A stretch of 63,817 nucleotides of DNA, counting the filler, from Folioceros fuciformis (Eukaryota), in the NCBI GenBank assembly GCA_049999805.1. It is 11 parts of 11 records of this genome, joined end to end, with 100 filler letters (N's around TTAATTAATTAA, not from the genome) between each part and the next. Parts side by side here need not be neighbours in the genome. Positions count along the whole stretch, not along the records: positions 58,943 to 62,219 come from JBNGIO010004935.1; positions 62,320 to 63,817 come from JBNGIO010004949.1; 9 more parts are not named here. One strand, written 5' to 3'. This document shows positions 59,203 through 63,817 of the stretch, in pieces. Below the pieces are notes generated by a model, which worked only from the letters and a program-made list of their open reading frames with translations, was not told the origin of the DNA and ran no database searches. How positions within the stretch are numbered: the stretch's first letter is position 1; each line of letters begins with the position of its first letter. A program made the translations under genes and the position numbers.

Positions 59203-61236
59203 ATGTCTTTTGCAACATCTTCCACCTTCTCTAGTGACTTCAAAGAAAAGGATTGCTTTGATGGCAAGCCACAACGTTTTGAGAGTTGGCGTGCCAGAAT
59301 GAAGGCCCTTCTAGATGCCAGAAATGTCTTGGAATTTGTGGATGGCACGTTTAAACAACCTAACCCTGCAGCACAGCAAGCTGATATTGATAAGTGGAAA
59401 AAGGGTAATAAATTGGCATTTGCTATATTACTTTCTGGCCTTGATGAGGCCACAGTGACGGAGGTTGAGTTCCTACCAACTGCAGCTGCTATCTGGACAC
59501 AATTACATGACACATATCAAGTAAGGAACATATTGACTCTTGTTGCTGCTAGGAATGAATTCTATGGACTAAGAATGAAGGAGGGAGATACAATGAGTGC
59601 TCACGTTACTCGCTTCCGCTATTTGAGACAACAAATTATTCAGCTTGGTGGCATTGTATCTAATATAGACACCATTGCACAGTTGTTGTCCAGTCTTCCC
59701 TCCTCCTATCAAAACTTTGTGTCCACACAGAATGTAGCCTTGCGCACCTCTGTTGCCGCAGTTAAAGCAAGTGGTGCTGCTACCCTCACTTTCAATGAGC
59801 TAGTGGGAGCTCTCCATCAAGAGGAGCAGTCTCGCCATCGGCCTTCTAGTTCTACAAAGGTTAGAACAGAGAAAGTGTTAGTTACAATGAAGAAGCCTTT
59901 TGGGAAGGGGAAGGATAAGGGTAAGAAAGCCTCATTTGGAAATCCCAAAAGGCAAGGCAACTGTAATTGGTGTCAGCTCCCAGGACACTGGGAAAGAGTG
60001 TCGTAAGAAGAAATCAGGAGAGGCTCGAAAGGAGCCCAAACTTGAACCTCATGTTGCTGAAAGAGGCAACAAATCTTCCAGTTCACAAAGTGCTCCAAAA
60101 AGCAGCTCAACAGTGTTGACTGTCTGCTTGACTTCAACAAGAGAGCATCCCTCTCTTTGGTTCATTGACTCAGGGGCGACTTCACATGTGTGTAATAATC
60201 GCCACCTGTTCACCACCTTCACTAGACAAACATTCCCACAATCAGTGTATGTGGGAGATGCACGTGCTGTGAAGGTACTTGGAAGTGGAACAGTAAGTGT
60301 ACTTGTCTCTAGTGAATTCACTCTTGAATTGCTGGATGTACTTTATGTTCCTGATATGTCAAAGAACCTCTTGTCAATTAGAGCACTTACACAAATGTCA
60401 GAGTTTGCTTTTCGTTTTGAGAAGGACTCTTGCTGCTTGTATAGCATAATACAACCTAGTGTGTGTCTAGCTAGAGGGTTACTTAAAAATGATCTCTATC
60501 AGCTTTCTGTGGGAGATCATAGTCAGGCTGTGAATGTTACTACATCTAAGTCGCTAGCAAACCTATGGCATGCTAGACTTGGGCATGTAAATAAGGTTAA
60601 GCTAGACCTAATGTCCACATGTGACTATTATAAAGAAAAGTTACCTTCATGCTTGAAGCATCTTCCAGTTTGTAAGTCATTTGTACTTTCTAAACAAAAG
60701 GAGTTGCCTTTTAAGAACAAAAATGCCACAAGAGCTGATGGTGTTCTAGGATTGATACATATGGACATTGCTGGAAAGATACAAGTACCTTCTCTAGGAG
60801 GAGTGGAGTACTATTTAACCTTGACTGATGACTTCAATAGGTACACTTGGACTTCCCCTCTCAAGCTAAAAAGTGATGCCTTTGATAAGATATCATCCTG
60901 GATACCTATGGTGCAAAGGCAAACAGGAAAATTAGTCAAGTGTATGAGATCAGATAATGGAGGAGAATTTGTAGGTCACAAATATGACTCTTTATTTGAT
61001 CAGTTTGGAATTACTAGGCAGTTGTCTATACCTCATACACAGCAGCAAAATGGTGTGGCAGAACACAAGAACCAAACACTTATGGGAATGACTAGAAGCA
61101 TGCTTTCATGAGCAGGACTATCAAAGCGTTTTTGGGCAGAAGCCATAGTGACAGCAACTTACATTTTAAACAGAGTCTTGACTAAGTCTGTGCCTGGTAA
61201 AACTCCTTATGAATCTTTTTGGGGAAGGAAACCAAT
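59203..61236 (+). mobile_element. Copia E gag-protease-integrase (related to copia D), frameshifted and truncated
   Basis: Gag, CNWCQLPGHW (frameshift near 59995), WFIDSGAT, LWHARLGH, SKQKELPFKNK shared with D, RSDNGGEF. Confidence 0.9.
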
Positions 61237-61998
61237 GTTTTCTTCTCCTTCTTGTCTTCTTCAGATTGGGGACATGAGGCAGATGAGAGCTTGACTCCAA
61301 ACGCACCTGGGGTGGTTGACGCCCTAGCATTCTCTATGTTGAAGCGTTTGAGCATACCGGCTACATATCTACCTTGGTGAAGATAGATAGCACTTGTGGT
61401 ATCCCTATGTACATGCATGCCAAGGATATACTTAAGCTTTCCCAAGTCCTTCATCTCGAATTCCCTGCTAAGATCAGCTTTTATCTTGTTGACTAGTTCA
61501 ACGTTATTGCTTGCAATGACTAAGTCATCCACGTAGAGTGCAACTAGAACAAGTGAGCTATCCTTGCGTAGCACATAAATATTACTATCTGCTTCACTTT
61601 GAACAAAACTTATTTTCTTAAGATATGAATCCATTCTCTCATACCACAGTCGTGGGCTTGCTTAAGGCCATAAATTGAGCGATTAAGTTTACACACCTTT
61701 TGTGGACAAGCCTTATCTTCGTAATCCTCGAGTTGATCCATGTAGATCTCTTCCTTGAGATGACCATAGAGAAAGGCTGTATACACATCAAGCTGATAGA
61801 TCTCCAAGTCTAGTTCAGCACATAAAGCAAGGAGCATTCTAACTGATGCAGCCTTGACGATGGGTGAGTAGACCTTATCGCCTTGATAATCCACTCCCTC
61901 TTTTTGACTATATCCCTCAGCTACTAATCTCGCCTTGTAGCGAATTCGTGGCTCTACTTCCTGGAACTTAGTTTTAAGAACCCATTTGCACTTGACAA
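61237..61998 (-). pseudogene. Copia RT fragment (DYQGDKVYSP family), opposite orientation to copia E
   Basis: VKCKWVLKTKFQEVEPRIRYKARL, LYVDDL, MKDLG; same family as 8966-9620. Confidence 0.88.
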
Positions 61999-62319
61999 AC
62001 GGAGTTGAAATGGAATTTCTGGAATTAAATCCAGAAAATAGGGAAGAAAATAGGAAAGGGGAAATTAGGAAAATAAAAAGAAAAGGAATACGGGGGTACG
62101 TATATGGTATACATATCAGTACGTATTAAATACGTATCTAAACCATATAAAATACAAGGGGGGTATACGTATACGGACCGTATACGATCTATAAAAAACA
62201 CCTTACTTGGAGACAAGGGNNNNNNNNNNNNNNNNNNNNNNNNNNNNNNNNNNNNNNNNNNNNTTAATTAATTAANNNNNNNNNNNNNNNNNNNNNNNNN
62301 NNNNNNNNNNNNNNNNNNN

Positions 62320-62458
62320 GAGAAGCTGACGGACAACAATGTGAAGAATGACATCATCGATTGCTAGCAAAGCTAGTGTCCCAAATCTCTCGCGAGAAGC
62401 TGATGGACAACAATGTGAAGAATGACATCATCGATTGCTAGCAAAGCTAGTGTTCCAA
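62320..62458. repeat. 74-bp tandem repeat (also at 63738-63817)
   Basis: GAGAAGCTGA(C/T)GGACAACAATGTGAAGAATGACATCATCGATTGCTAGCAAAGCTAGTG at 62320, 62394 and 63738. Confidence 0.92.
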
Positions 62459-63730
62459 GATGGAACGCGTTTGCAAGGCAAGGTTCCATAAAGACACATC
62501 ATGATTGCAAAACAAAAGGGAACAATGAGCTCGAAAATCCAGGCACTTCACCATCCCCGGGGGACTTACGATCGACCCTGGCACCGACTGGTCTTTTGAC
62601 AATCAGAAAAGATGGAGCAAAAGTTGATCCCGTAGCCGGGAGTTTGGCTCTACGTCTCCTCCAAATCACGCCCTGCCGCCTTACAGCATTGGCCAAATGG
62701 AGAGCGCTCTCTGCAAACCGCGAGAAAACCCGCCGTATTTGCGATGACGTATTCGCAAAGCTGCGGGGATGCGGGAGCTAGCGATGTTGCTGCATTGTCC
62801 GAGAGTTTCCTTTTCGCAGTGGCGCAGTTCAATGAATTGGTGATGGCAAGGAGGGCCAGTACCGCTCCGAATCGGGCTACCCGCGTGCAATTCGTTCTAT
62901 CCCCTGCCATGGCCTGACACCCCCAGGGCTTGGCCACACCCCAGCAGCCGGGCCTCACACCCCTGAAGGCCGGCCCCACGACACCCGGGCGGCCTGACCG
63001 GCGCCTGGGCAGCCTGGCCGGTGCCTCGTAACGTCTAGGCAACTTGGCGCCCCTGCGGCGTCTGGGCTGCCTAGCGCCCTGCAGCGCCTAGGCAGCCTGG
63101 TCGGCGCCCCGTAGCGTCTAGGTAGCCTGGCGCCCCTGCGGCGTCTGGGTTGCCTAGCGCCCTCAAGCGGGGCAGCCTGGGGACTGGCGCCCCATGCCTT
63201 CGCACACTGCCCGGGCCTAGCAATGTCTGCGCCCGCGACGCCCTCCTGCACTCGCGGCATCCTCCTCCGTTTGCGGCCTCGCTTCCTACGGCTTGGCTCC
63301 CACTCCGGTGAGCTAGAGCTCCTTGCACCTCAATATGCCACACATGGCCACTCACTTTGATGTTGCCTTACGCACCAAGTCCGCAATAGCAAGAGCCATA
63401 ACCCTTGCTCCACAACCTGGGCTCTGATACCACTTGAAGGATCGCTAGAGGAACATAGTGAAGGAGAGGACAGGAGAGAAGGAGGCAAGGAGGAGAGGAG
63501 AAAGAGAGGTCACACTCTCACAATAGAGTCTCTCAATAGCAAGGGAGCTCAAGGGGGTATTTATACCTCTAAAAGAACTCCCTAGAAAGCTTCACAAGAA
63601 ACACACATGAAGCTGCAAAAGAAGCTTCCTACATATTAGTTTAAGCTAATCTAAACTAATGATATTTAACTAGACACTAATCTTAGACTAAACGTATTAG
63701 TCTAAGCACATTGAGCTTTAATAACCTACA
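62320..63730 (-). mobile_element. Diverged family X-related element: 5' LTR 63435-63730, PBS 63421-63432, GC-rich leader, apparently non-coding interior
   Basis: LTR similar to 6740-7021 but more diverged; TGGTATCAGAGC on the minus strand; GGCGCC-rich leader; no gag motif seen in ~1.1 kb. Confidence 0.8.
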
Positions 63731-63817
63731 ATTGCGAGAGAAGCTGACGGACAACAATGTGAAGAATGACATCATCGATTGCTAGCAAAGCTAGTGTCCC
63801 AAATCTCTCGCGAGAAG

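Overview
Draft land-plant nuclear sequence (probably a non-seed plant, inferred from ~80-100 bp introns, compact gene spacing and gene content). It is 11 contigs joined by ten artificial 100-bp spacers (44 N + TTAATTAATTAA + 44 N), so adjacency across spacers is not evidence of linkage. Most of the window is nested, decaying Ty1/copia retrotransposons: a short-LTR family ('family X', 282-327 bp LTR) present at five loci, three solo LTRs with exact 5-bp TSDs, one Ty3/gypsy gag-protease, a PIF/Harbinger relic enclosing a DUF7869-like fragment, and several tandem repeats. Supported host genes: a 5-exon CCCH-RRM-LOTUS(OST-HTH)-RING gene (17880-20061); a compact island with an SMIM8-like microprotein, a degenerate ABP1 cupin, and head-to-head MRD1/RBM19 and BUD20/ZNF593 (the latter with a U12 AT-AC intron); and an ATP-dependent phosphofructokinase. 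No rRNA, tRNA or CRISPR found. All family assignments come from motif recognition by eye; no database search was run.
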